Shown here: positions 37,280 through 51,198 of the stretch, one piece after another
Numbering within the stretch: position 1 is the first letter of the stretch
Layout: every line of letters begins with the position of its first letter
Assembly: GCA_964016885.1 (NCBI GenBank)
Contig: OZ024740.1
Span: 11,532,001 to 11,596,000 of the forward strand
DNA: 64,000 nucleotides
From: Eledone cirrhosa
Taxonomy: Eukaryota
Direction of reading: 5' to 3'
The notes under the pieces: generated by a model
What the model saw: the letters and a program-made list of their open reading frames with translations, nothing else
The model's database searches: none
What the model was told of the DNA's origin: nothing
Position numbers and translations under genes: made by a program

Positions 37280-37329
37280 TGTTAACACATTTCGGCTGAT
37301 ATACTCTTCAGCCTTCATCAGGTGTCCTA
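37280..37329 (-). ncRNA. Degenerate minimal hammerhead-ribozyme-like motif (Penelope-type repeat remnant)
   Basis: Minus strand GACAC-CTGATGA-A-GGCTGA(agagtata)TCAGCC-GAAA-T-GTGTT. Core boxes, stem II and stem I present; stem III/cleavage triplet looks deleted. Confidence 0.45.
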
Positions 37330-37378
37330 GTGATGTTATTATTAACGTTCAGGTCACTGCCTGGAATTGTATATACTG

Positions 37379-37445
<67 letters not shown>

Positions 37446-38145
37446 GTATATATATATATACGGACGAAGAACCCAAGAGCACAGACTTCGTCCGTTCCCA
37501 TGTCGATTCAATTTGGATTGCCTTGGAAACATAACCTTATTATGTAACCAGCTGTCTGACGATGTCGCGGCACTGGCGCACGGAACAGTGTGGCCACTGT
37601 CGCCATTGAAATATGTATCACACCATTATTATTAAAGGACTTTAACATCTGAAACTACTGCGCTTTTCCTTATTCTATATATATATATAAATATTATAAA
37701 TATATTAATGTATCTGCCACAGTCGCTGTGCTATAAAGAGCAGTAAGCCCCCCCCCCCCCCCCCCCCCCCACCATCACCATTTTCGGAGAAAAGTCAAAT
37801 GTCGGAGTTCAAATTAGTTGAAAACGCAAAAAAAAAAAACCCTTAATTATTATCAATTGTATTTAGTGTTATTAGGAGTGAACATACAAAGAAACAAACT
37901 TCCTGTTTGTAAGTATTATAGATATGGACACTGACACACATACAAACATACACACACATATGTAGTGGTGGGGATGACAACTATGGCCACTATAATCACA
38001 TCATATATGTCTGATGACCCTGTCATAAATAGGCGACATTCCACAGTAACATGACTCACTGTTTAGCCTAAATAAAACGAATGTATGTATGTATATATAA
38101 AGCGGACGTATGTTGATGATGGTGATGATGATGATGATATATATA

Positions 38146-38179
<34 letters not shown>

Positions 38180-38362
38180 AGTATATAAAACGAAAAATCA
38201 GTGATGCATCTGAACTCAATTTATTGTGTGTTATAATTGTTTCGCCAGCAGACAGCTCGAGACACAATCATTGTCTGGATCTGTCCGATTCTGGATCCGC
38301 AGGTTCGACGGACATGTCTAATAATATATAAGTATATATATATATGTGTATATATATGTATA

Positions 38363-38490
38363 TGGTGAAGGCTTAGTGGTTAGAGCATTGGGCTTGCAAT
38401 CGAAAGGTTGTGAGTTCAGTTCTCGGAGCAGGTGATGTGTTGAGCAAGACACTTTACTTCACGTTTACTCAGCTGTAGAAATGAGTTGCG
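38363..38490 (+). mobile_element. SINE head and CORE, followed by a different sequence
   Basis: GGCTTAGTGGTTAGAGCATTGGG...GAGTTCAGTTCTC...GAGCAAGACACTTT...TTTACTCAGCTGTAGAAATGAG, then unrelated sequence. Confidence 0.75.
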
Positions 38491-38778
38491 ATCCTGCCAA
38501 ATCAATGGGTGGCAATAGTTCTAGCTACACACATCAAAAGACTGGTGTAGTGGTTCTGAGAACAATGCAGCTTTGCAGATGATCAATGTAAATTGACAAT
38601 GGAAAGGTGTTCCCACTCGAGTTAGAAGAGAACTATTGACCTTCACGAGAAGCAGCGACCCCTGATTGTATTCAGCAACTGAAAAAAATATGAAGTACAC
38701 CAAATCCAATTGTCTTAGGGGCGGCCCTGGACCATAACGCACCAGAGTACTCAATACTTAGGGTAGTAGTGTGGGGAA

Positions 38779-38908
38779 TAGGAAAATATTCAAGGCTTCG
38801 ACGGCTGAGCTCAAGCCGTTTCGACGGCTATTTCTGGACTATTTCTAGTCCAGAAATAGCTGTCGAAACGGCTTGAGCTCTGTCATCGGGGTCTTGAACA
38901 TCCTCCTA
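38779..38908. repeat. Palindromic hairpin element (probable MITE)
   Basis: 35-bp arms 38807-38841 and 38846-38880 with one G-T pair and a 4-nt loop; looser pairing extends ~28 bp further each side. Confidence 0.85.
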
Positions 38909-38914
38909 TATATA

Positions 38915-39260
38915 ATGGCTTAGTGGTTAGAAAATTGGCCTTGCAATCGAAAGGTTGTGAGTTCAATTCTCAGACTGGGTGATGTGTTGTTTCTTTGAGC
39001 AAGACACTTTATTTCACATTGCTCCAGTTTACTCAGCTGTAGAAATGAGATGATAGGGACTGGGGTTCATATCATTCCACTGCAAAGTGGTCGTGGAGGT
39101 GCCACGGCAAAAAAGCACCCAGCACTCACTGTAAATGAGGTTGTTGTTAGGAAGGGCATCCAGCTGTAGAAATCCAGCCAGAATCAGTTCCCGTCCCACC
39201 CTTGCAAGCAGGGAAAAGTGGACGTAAAATGAAATGATGATGATGATGATGATGATGATG
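38915..39260 (+). mobile_element. tRNA-derived CORE-type SINE with (GAT)n tail
   Basis: A box TGGCTTAGTGG, B-box-like GAGTTCAATTC, CORE-like segment, RTE tail, terminal hairpin. Confidence 0.9.
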
Positions 39261-39444
39261 GCGACGACGACGACGATTGTGTGAGTGTATCATTATCATC
39301 ATTTTACGTCCGCTTTTGAGTATATATATGTATATGTATCTGGCTGATCAGTGGATCTGCAAATATGCAAATCTGACTGATCAGTCACTGTATAATTTTG
39401 AAAATAGCATATATTTTCACTAGCTTTGGCAGGTGAACTGTGAG

Positions 39445-39488
39445 CTGTACTGATGAAGGGTGATACCCAGAAACATTAGTGTCTGCAG
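39445..39488 (+). ncRNA. Hammerhead-like motif (degenerate)
   Basis: CTGATGA-A-GGGT(gat)ACCC-A-GAAA-CATT at 39450-39477; stem I pairing weak. Confidence 0.3.
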
Positions 39489-39650
39489 TTCTGTTTACAT
39501 GTCAACACAAGAGCAAGAATGAAGGGTTCATTCTACAGACATGGCTATAATAATGAGGCTTGTTTGTATTATTGCAAACGAATCTAATGTTATTATTAAC
39601 ATTCGAAAAACTCAGATTACATTTATTGTATTCAGCCATGTAGAGCGAAC

Positions 39651-39708
<58 letters not shown>

Positions 39709-39732
39709 GTATGTATGTATATGTATATGTAT

Positions 39733-39968
39733 ATCATCATCATTATTTTATATCCGCTTTCCCCTACTTGCAAGGGTTGGACGGGTCCTATTCAGCACAG
39801 CATCTCTCCACTTGTCACGGTCCTTTGTCATCTCCTCGGTGAGTTTCAGCGATCTGAGGTTTGCTCTCACCACCTCCGCCCATGTTTTACGTGGTCTACC
39901 TCTACTGCGTCTTCTTTCTACTGGGATTTCTTATCCCTCATATACCCAGTTTCTTTCTCAACTCGTCT
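39733..39968 (-). mobile_element. RTE family D 3' fragment (very short 3' UTR)
   Basis: Minus strand encodes [39 protein letters not shown], directly followed by hairpin CGTCCAACCCTTGCAAGTAGGG and a GAT tail. Confidence 0.8.
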
Positions 39969-40095
39969 ATGTATATATATGTATATATATATATATGTAT
40001 GTATATATATATATGTTTGTATATATATATATATATGTTTGTATATATATATATATATGTGTGTATATATATATATGTGTGTGTATATATATATA

Positions 40096-43041
<2,946 letters not shown>

Positions 43042-43079
43042 ATGTGTGTGTATATATATATATATATGTGTGTGTATAT

Positions 43080-45443
43080 ATTGCCAGGCAATGTGTCAAG
43101 GAAAACCGTGATATTGTCCGGGAGAAGTGTGTACTTAAGGATGATGGCATACTTGCCATCACCGACGCTGATAAGAAGGTAGCTTGGAAGTGTCACTACG
43201 AAAGGCTTCTAAATGAGGAGAACAAATGGGAGAAAGACAGTCTCCCCCACATCGACCCAATAGAGGGACCAGCAGTGTTAGTCCAGGGTAGTACAATAAG
43301 CAAGGCAATCAAAGATATGAAGACGGGTAAGGCGGCTGGTCCTTCGGAAATAGTTGCTGAGATGCTGAAGGCATCTGGTTCGGTGGGACACACTATGGTC
43401 ACCCGGATAGTAAACCAAGTCGTACAGAATGGGGTTGTTCCGAAGGACTGGCGTAGCAGCATCATCGTTAACTGCTATAAGGGAAAAGGAGATGCCCTAG
43501 ATAGGAGTAACTATAGAGGCATTAAATTAATCGACCAGGTCATGAAGGTCACGGAAAAAGTAATAGCGCAACTAATCAGAGAGAGAATTGATCTAGATGA
43601 AATGCAGTTCAGGTTTGTGTCAGGCAAAAGTACCACAGACGCTCTTTTCATTGTACGACAACTACAGGAGAAGTACCTAGCTAAAAGTAAACCCCTATAC
43701 TTAGGTTTCGTCGACTTGGAGAAAGCCTTCGACAGAGTCCCCCGTTCCATTATCTGGTGGTCTCTTAGAAAACTAGGTGTTGACGAATGGCTTGTGAGAG
43801 CTATACAAGCCATGTATAAAGAAACAGTCAGTAAGGTTAGAATTAACAACGAATATAGTGAAGAGTTTAGCGTAAAAGTTGGTGTCCATCAGGGCTCTGT
43901 TCTTAGCCCCCTACTATTTATTATTGCCCTTCAGGCTATAACAGAGGAGTTCAAGACCGGCTGCCCATGGGAACTCCTATACGCAGATGATCTAACGCTC
44001 ATAGCTGAATCAATGACCGAACTAGAGAAGAAATTCCAAACATGGAGGCACGGCCTAGAATCAAAAGGCCTTAAAATTAACCTGGCTAAGACTAAAGTTC
44101 TAGTTTGTAGGAAAGAAAATAAGGCGGCGCTCCCTTCTGGGAAATGGCCATGCTCAGTGTGTAGGAAAGGCGTAGGTAGAAACTCCATTTTATGTCCCAA
44201 ATGCAAAGTATGGGTGCATAAAAGATGTAGTGGGATCACAGGTAAGCTAACTAAGAACATAGATTTTACATGTGGCCGGTGCTCTGGTGCAATAAGTAGC
44301 AGCAAGTGCCCACAAAATACTAGCTCCTTCAACTGCGCAGAGGGTTCTATAGAAATAGTGGACAGATTCCGTTACCTGGGTGATAAAATCAGCAGTGGGG
44401 GAGGGTGCTCTGAAAGTACAGTAGCTAGAGTCAGAACTGGATGGAAAAAGTTCAGAGAGCTTATACCACTATTAGCCGCTAGAGGGTTCTCCCTAAAAAT
44501 GAAAGGCAGGTTATACGATGCCTGCATACGAACAGCAATGCTGCATGGCAGTGAGACCTGGGCATTGTGTGCAGAGGATATACGCAGACTAGAGAGGAAC
44601 GAAGCTTGCATGCTCCGCTGTATGTGTAATAGTAATATATGTGAACGGCAAAGCATAAACGAACTAAGGAAAAAATTAGAAATAAGAGGGATCAGATGTT
44701 GTTTACTCGAGAGAAGGCTACGTTGGTACGGTCACGTGATGCGCATGAAAGACGACAGCTGTATAACAAAATGCAAGGCAATAAAGATAGACGGTAGCCA
44801 CGGAGTAGGCAGACCCAGAAAAACATGGGACGAGCTGATAAATTCCGACCTCACACACTTACACCTCTCCAAGACAATGTCACTGGACCGAGACCTTTGG
44901 CGGTACTCAGTAATAGAGAAGACCCGCCTTACCTAAATACAAAGTAAAAACCTACTACAGTCAGTAGGCATCTCTATCAAAACACACCCCCGTCCCACCA
45001 CCTCCACCCCATCCACACCGCCCCTTTCAATGTAAAGTTATGTTGGTCCCACAACATCCAGGCCGAAACAAATGAGATCGTGTAGGTGTCACGACAAAAA
45101 AACACACAGTCCACGCTGTAAACGTGGCCGTGTAGGCAACATGGTAAAAACCTCCCAGCCCCACACTGTAAATGTGGTTGGCGTTAGGAAGGGCATCCAG
45201 CTGTAGAAAACCCGCCAGACAGTCCACGCTGTAATGTGGCCGTGTAGGCAACACGGTAAAAACCTCCCAGCCCCACACTGTAAATGTGGTTGGTGTTAGG
45301 AAGGGCATCCAACTGTAGAAAACCCGCCAGACAGTCCTATGCGAGCAAGACAACCACTCTTGCCTCAAGTGGGAAAACCCCCGTCCAAACCCATGCAAGC
45401 GTGGAACACGGACGCTAAACCTGATGATGATGATGATGATGAT
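43080..45443 (+). mobile_element. 5'-truncated RTE family A copy (A7) with a duplicated 3' UTR segment
   Basis: [11 protein letters not shown]...EKTRLT* (to 44936); ~113-bp tandem duplication at 45106-45337; (GAT)n tail. Head-to-tail behind A6. Confidence 0.95.
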
Positions 45444-46338
<895 letters not shown>

Positions 46339-48893
46339 TACAGTCTCTTGCGTGAGGTTTATGGACCGTCTTCTTCTCTGGTGACACCGCTTCGCAGCAA
46401 GGATGGCAAAGAACTTCTTCGTGACTCACAAGGAATTCTACGAAGGTGGCGAGAGCACTTTGATGATCTTTTGAATCAGCCGTCTGTCGTCAGTGAAGAT
46501 TTCCTCAATCTCATTCCAGAAAGTCCAGTGAAAGTAGCTCTCGCAGAACCTCCGACGCTTGTGGAGGTTGCAGTGGCTATTTCGAAGCTGAACAGTTGAA
46601 GATCTCCAGGTATGGATGGCATACATGCTGAGCTCCTACAATATGGTGGTGAGAGACTCCTGCAACATCTTCACTCTTTGTTTGGCAGGATATGGGCTAA
46701 TGAATCCGTACCTGAGGACTGGAGAGATGCAGTAATGGTGGTCTTGTACAAGGGAAAGGGTAACAGGAATGATTGTGGGAACTACAGAGGTATATCATTG
46801 CTTTCTGTCGTAGGGAAAGTTTTATGTAGGGTGCTTCTGACACACATTGCAGATTGTGTTCTTCCTGAAAGTCAATCTGGTTTTCGTGCTGGATGCGGCA
46901 CTACTGATATGATCTTCTCAGCTGGACAGCTCAAGGAGAAATGCATGGAACAAGGCTTGGATCTGTATCAGGTTTTTGTCGATCTGACAAAAGCTTTCGA
47001 TACTGTTAACAGAGATGCATTATGGAAGGTTCTCCAGAAACTTGGTTGCCCTGATAAGTTCCTTGCTTTAGTTAGGTCTTTCCATGACGACATGAAGGCT
47101 TGGGTTAATGTCGGGGGTAACATGTCGGAGCCTATCTCAGTGAAACAGGGGGATATTCCAGCACCGATCCTGTTTGCCATATACTTTGCAATGGTTTTCT
47201 GTATTGCATTCAGGAATTGCGAGCATGGTGTTTACATCCGATATCGAACATCAGGCGCTTTGCTGCGAAGACAAAAGTGTTTACATCAATCATAAGAGAC
47301 CTCTTGTATGCAGATGATTGCGATCTTGTAGCGCACACAGAGAGTGATATGCAGCACATTTTGAGTGCATTTTCTTACGCTTGCACTGCCCTTGGTCTGA
47401 TTGCCAGTCTCAAGAAAACCGTCGTCATGTACCAACCTGCCCCTGGTAAGCAGTACACTGAACCAAACATCTATGTGTATGGCAAACGACTTGGAGTGGT
47501 TGATCAGTTTGTCTACCTGGGAAGCACTGTCAATCGATACGGCAACCTTGACAGTGAAATCTCACTTAGGATTAGGAAAGCAAGTGATGCTTTCGGAAAG
47601 CTAGAAAGACGACTCTGGGGTCGGCGAGACATATGCAGGAGGACAAAGGTAAAGGTGTACAGGGCATGTGTGCTCTCTTGTCTTCTTTATGCCTGCGAGA
47701 CCTGGGTCACATATCGACACCACCTTAAGCAATTGGAGCGTTTCCATCAGATGTGTCTCAGCTGGATCCATGGCGTTCACTGGAGGGACCACATCAGTGA
47801 TGTTGAGATTTTGGAAAGCTCTATGTGTGACAGTATAGAAGCTCTTGTGCTTAAGCAACGACTCAGTTGGAGTGGTCACCTTGCCAGGATGAATGTTTCT
47901 AGAATACCAAAACAACTCTTTTATGGAGAGTTGGTTAAAGGAAAACGACCGCCACATAAACCAAAAAAGAGGTATAAGGATTCCTTGAAAGCCTCTCTGA
48001 AAGACGCTAATATCTCTGCTGATACATGGGAGAATATTGCTGCTGATCGTAATAAATGGAGAAAGACTGTATATGGGGGAAAAGTTGCCTTTGAGGCATC
48101 TCGAATCGCATACGAGAAAGTAAAGCGGGATGTGAGGAAGGGCATTGCTGTTGCACTTCCAGACGGCGAGGGTCCTCCTATGGTGCTGACATGCAGCATA
48201 TGTGCGAGACTCTGCCTAAGCAAAGCTGCACTCGAAAGTCATCTTCGCAGTCATAAAGTAAGACCAGTGGTTGACTACCAGGCTGCTGTTGGAGATACTA
48301 CTCACCATGCTTGCCAAACATGTGGTAGAGAATGTAAATCAGCAGGAGGGCTCAAGCGACATGCAAAAGTACACGAACTCCAACCACAGCCGACTATTCT
48401 CAGTAAATGTTTTGGTTGCCGACTCTGTGCAAGACATTTTAGATCATTGGCTGGGCTAAAAAGCCACATTCGATCGCAGCGCTGTTAGTTGCTATCGTGT
48501 GTGTGTGTGTGTATGTGTCATCATCGTTTAACGTCCATGTGCCACGCTTGCATGGGTTTGGACGGGAGTTTTCCCACTTGAGGCAAGAGTGGTTGTCTTG
48601 CTCGCATAGGACTGTCTGGCGGGTTTTCTACAGTTGGATGCCCTTCCTAACACCAACCACATTTACAATGTAGATATGCTTATGTGTGTGCGTGTGTGTC
48701 TATATGTATATTATTATTGTTGTTGTCGTTATTATTGTTATTATTATTATTATTATTATTGTTATTAATGTATGTGTGTGTATGTATATGTATATATATG
48801 TTTATATATATATTTTTTATTTTTTATTTTTTTATTTTTTATTTCTCCTGGTGCAATGGCCATACTCGATAACGAGGGGGCAGCCATCATCAT
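46339..48893 (+). mobile_element. 5'-truncated BovB-like RTE (family C) with three C-terminal C2H2 zinc fingers; 3' UTR interrupted
   Basis: NYRGISLLSVVGK, LPESQSGFR, FVDLTKAFDTV, LLYADD, RIPKQLFYGEL motifs; a stop and frameshifts; ORF ends 48488. Probable displaced 3' end CTCGATAACGAG...GCCATCATCAT at ~48845-48893 (inferred). Confidence 0.85.
48518..48671 (-). mobile_element. RTE family A tail-only insertion
   Basis: Last ~150 nt of the family A 3' UTR inside a TG/TA tract. Confidence 0.85.
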
Positions 48894-48926
48894 ATATATA
48901 TGTGTGTGTGTGTGTGTATATATATA

Positions 48927-48999
<73 letters not shown>

Positions 49000-51052
49000 A
49001 TCATCATCATCGTTTAACGTCCATGTTCCACGCTTGCATGGGTTTGGACGGGGGTTTTCCCACTTGAGGCAAGAGTGTTTGTCATTGCTCGCATGGGACT
49101 GTCTGGCGGGTTTTCTACAGCTGGATGCCCTTCCTAACACCAACCACATTTACAGTGTGGGGCTGGGAGGTTTTTACCGTGTTGCCTACACGGCCACATT
49201 ACAGCGTGGACTGTGTGTTTTTTTTTGTCGTGACACCTACACAATCTCATTTGTTTCAGCCTGGATGTTGTGGCACCAACATAACTTTACATTGAAAGAG
49301 GCGGTGTGGATGGGGTGGGGGTGGTGGGACGGGGGTGTATTTTGTTAGAGATGCTTACTGACTGTAATAGGTTTTACTTTGTATTTAGGTAAGGCGGGTT
49401 TTCTCTATTACTGAGTACCGCCAAAGGTCTCGGTCCAGTGACATTGTCTTGGAGAGGTGTAAGTGTGTGAGGTCGGAATTTATCAGCTCGTCCCAGGTTT
49501 TTCTGGGTCTGCCTACTCCGTGGCTACCGTCTATCTTTATTGCCCTGCACTTTGTTATACAGCTGTCGTCTTTCATGCGCATCACGTGACCATACCAACG
49601 TAGCCTTCTCTCGAGTAAACAACATCTGATCCCTCTTATTTCTAATTTTTTCCTTAGTTCGCTTATGCTTTGCCGTTCACATATATTACTATTACACATC
49701 CAGCGGAGCATGGAAGCTTCATTCCTCTCTAGTCTGCGTATATCCTCTGCACACAATGCCCAGGTCTCACTGCCATGCAACATTGCTGTTCGTATGCAGG
49801 CATCATACAACCTGCCTTTCATTTTTAAGGAGAACCCTTTAGCGGCTAATAGTGGTATAAGCTCTCTGAACTTTTTCCATCCAGTTCTGACTCTAGCTAC
49901 TGTACTTTCAGAGCACCCTCCCCCACTGCTGATTTTGTCACCCAGGTAATGGAAGCTGTCCACTATTTCTATAGAACCCTCTGCGCAATTGAAAGAGCTA
50001 GTATTCGTGGGCACTTGCTGCTACTTATTTCACCAGAGCACCGGCCACATGTAAAATCTATGTTCTTAGTTAGCTTACCTGTGATCCCACTACATCTTTT
50101 ATGCACCCATACTTTGCATTTGGGACATAAAATGGAGTTTCTACCTACGCCTTACCTACACACTGAGCATGGCCATTTCCCGGAAGGGCCCGGCGCCTTA
50201 TTTTCTTTCCTACAAACTAGAACTTTAGTCTTAGCCAGGTTAATTTTAAGGCCTTTTGATTCTAGGCCGTGCCTCCATGTTTGGAATTTCTTCTCTAGCT
50301 CGGCCATTGATTCAGCTATGAGCGTTAGATCATCTGCGTATAGGAGTTCCCATGGGCAGCCGGTCTTGAACTCCTCTGTTATAGCCTGAAGGGCAATAAT
50401 AAATAGTAGGGGGCTAAGAACAGAGCCCTGATGGACACCAACTTTTACGCTAAACTCTTCGCTATATTCGTTGTTAATTCTAACCTTGCTGACTGTTTCT
50501 TTATACATGGTTTGTATAGCTCTCACAAGCCATTCGTCAACACCTAGTTTTCTAAGAGACCACCAGATAATGGAACAGGGGACTCTGTCGAAGGCTTTCT
50601 CCAGGTCGACAAAAGCTAAGTATAGGGGTTTACTTTTAGCTAGGTATTTCTCCTGTAGTTGTCGTACAATGAAAAGAGCGTCTGTGGTACTTTTGCCTGA
50701 CACAAACCCGAACTGCATTTCATCTAGATCAATTCTCTCTCTGATTAGTTGCGCTATTACTTTTTCCGTGACCTTCATGACCTGGTTGATTAATTTAATG
50801 CCTCTATAGTTACTCCTATCTAGGGCGTCTCCTTTACCCTTGTAACAGTTAATGATGATGCTGCTACGCCAGTCCTTCGGAACAACCCCATTCTGTATGA
50901 CTTGGTTTACTATCTGGGTGACCATGGTGTGTCCCACCGTTCCAGAGGCCTTCAGCATCTCAGCAACTATTTCCGAAGGCCCAGCCGCCTTACCCGTCTT
51001 CATATCTTTGATTGCCTTACTTATTATACTACCTTCGACTAACACTGCTGGT
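49000..51052 (-). mobile_element. 5'-truncated RTE family A copy (A8)
   Basis: ORFs 50152-51147 (part) and 49385-50014, 3' UTR and ATC tail; bounded by TA runs. Confidence 0.93.
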
Positions 51053-51070
51053 GTATATATGTATATATAT

Positions 51071-51198
51071 ACCATGGTCACCCAGATAGTAAACCAAGTC
51101 ATACAGAATGGGGTTGTTCCGAAGGACTGGCGTAGCAGCATCATCATTAACTGTTACAAGGGTAAAGGAGATGCCCTAGATAGGAGTAACTATAGAGG
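51071..51198 (+). repeat. 128-bp inverted duplication of 50801-50928
   Basis: Shares A8-specific variants (CCCAGATAGTAAACC, GTCATACAG, ATCATTAACTGTTAC); one mismatch seen. Confidence 0.9.
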
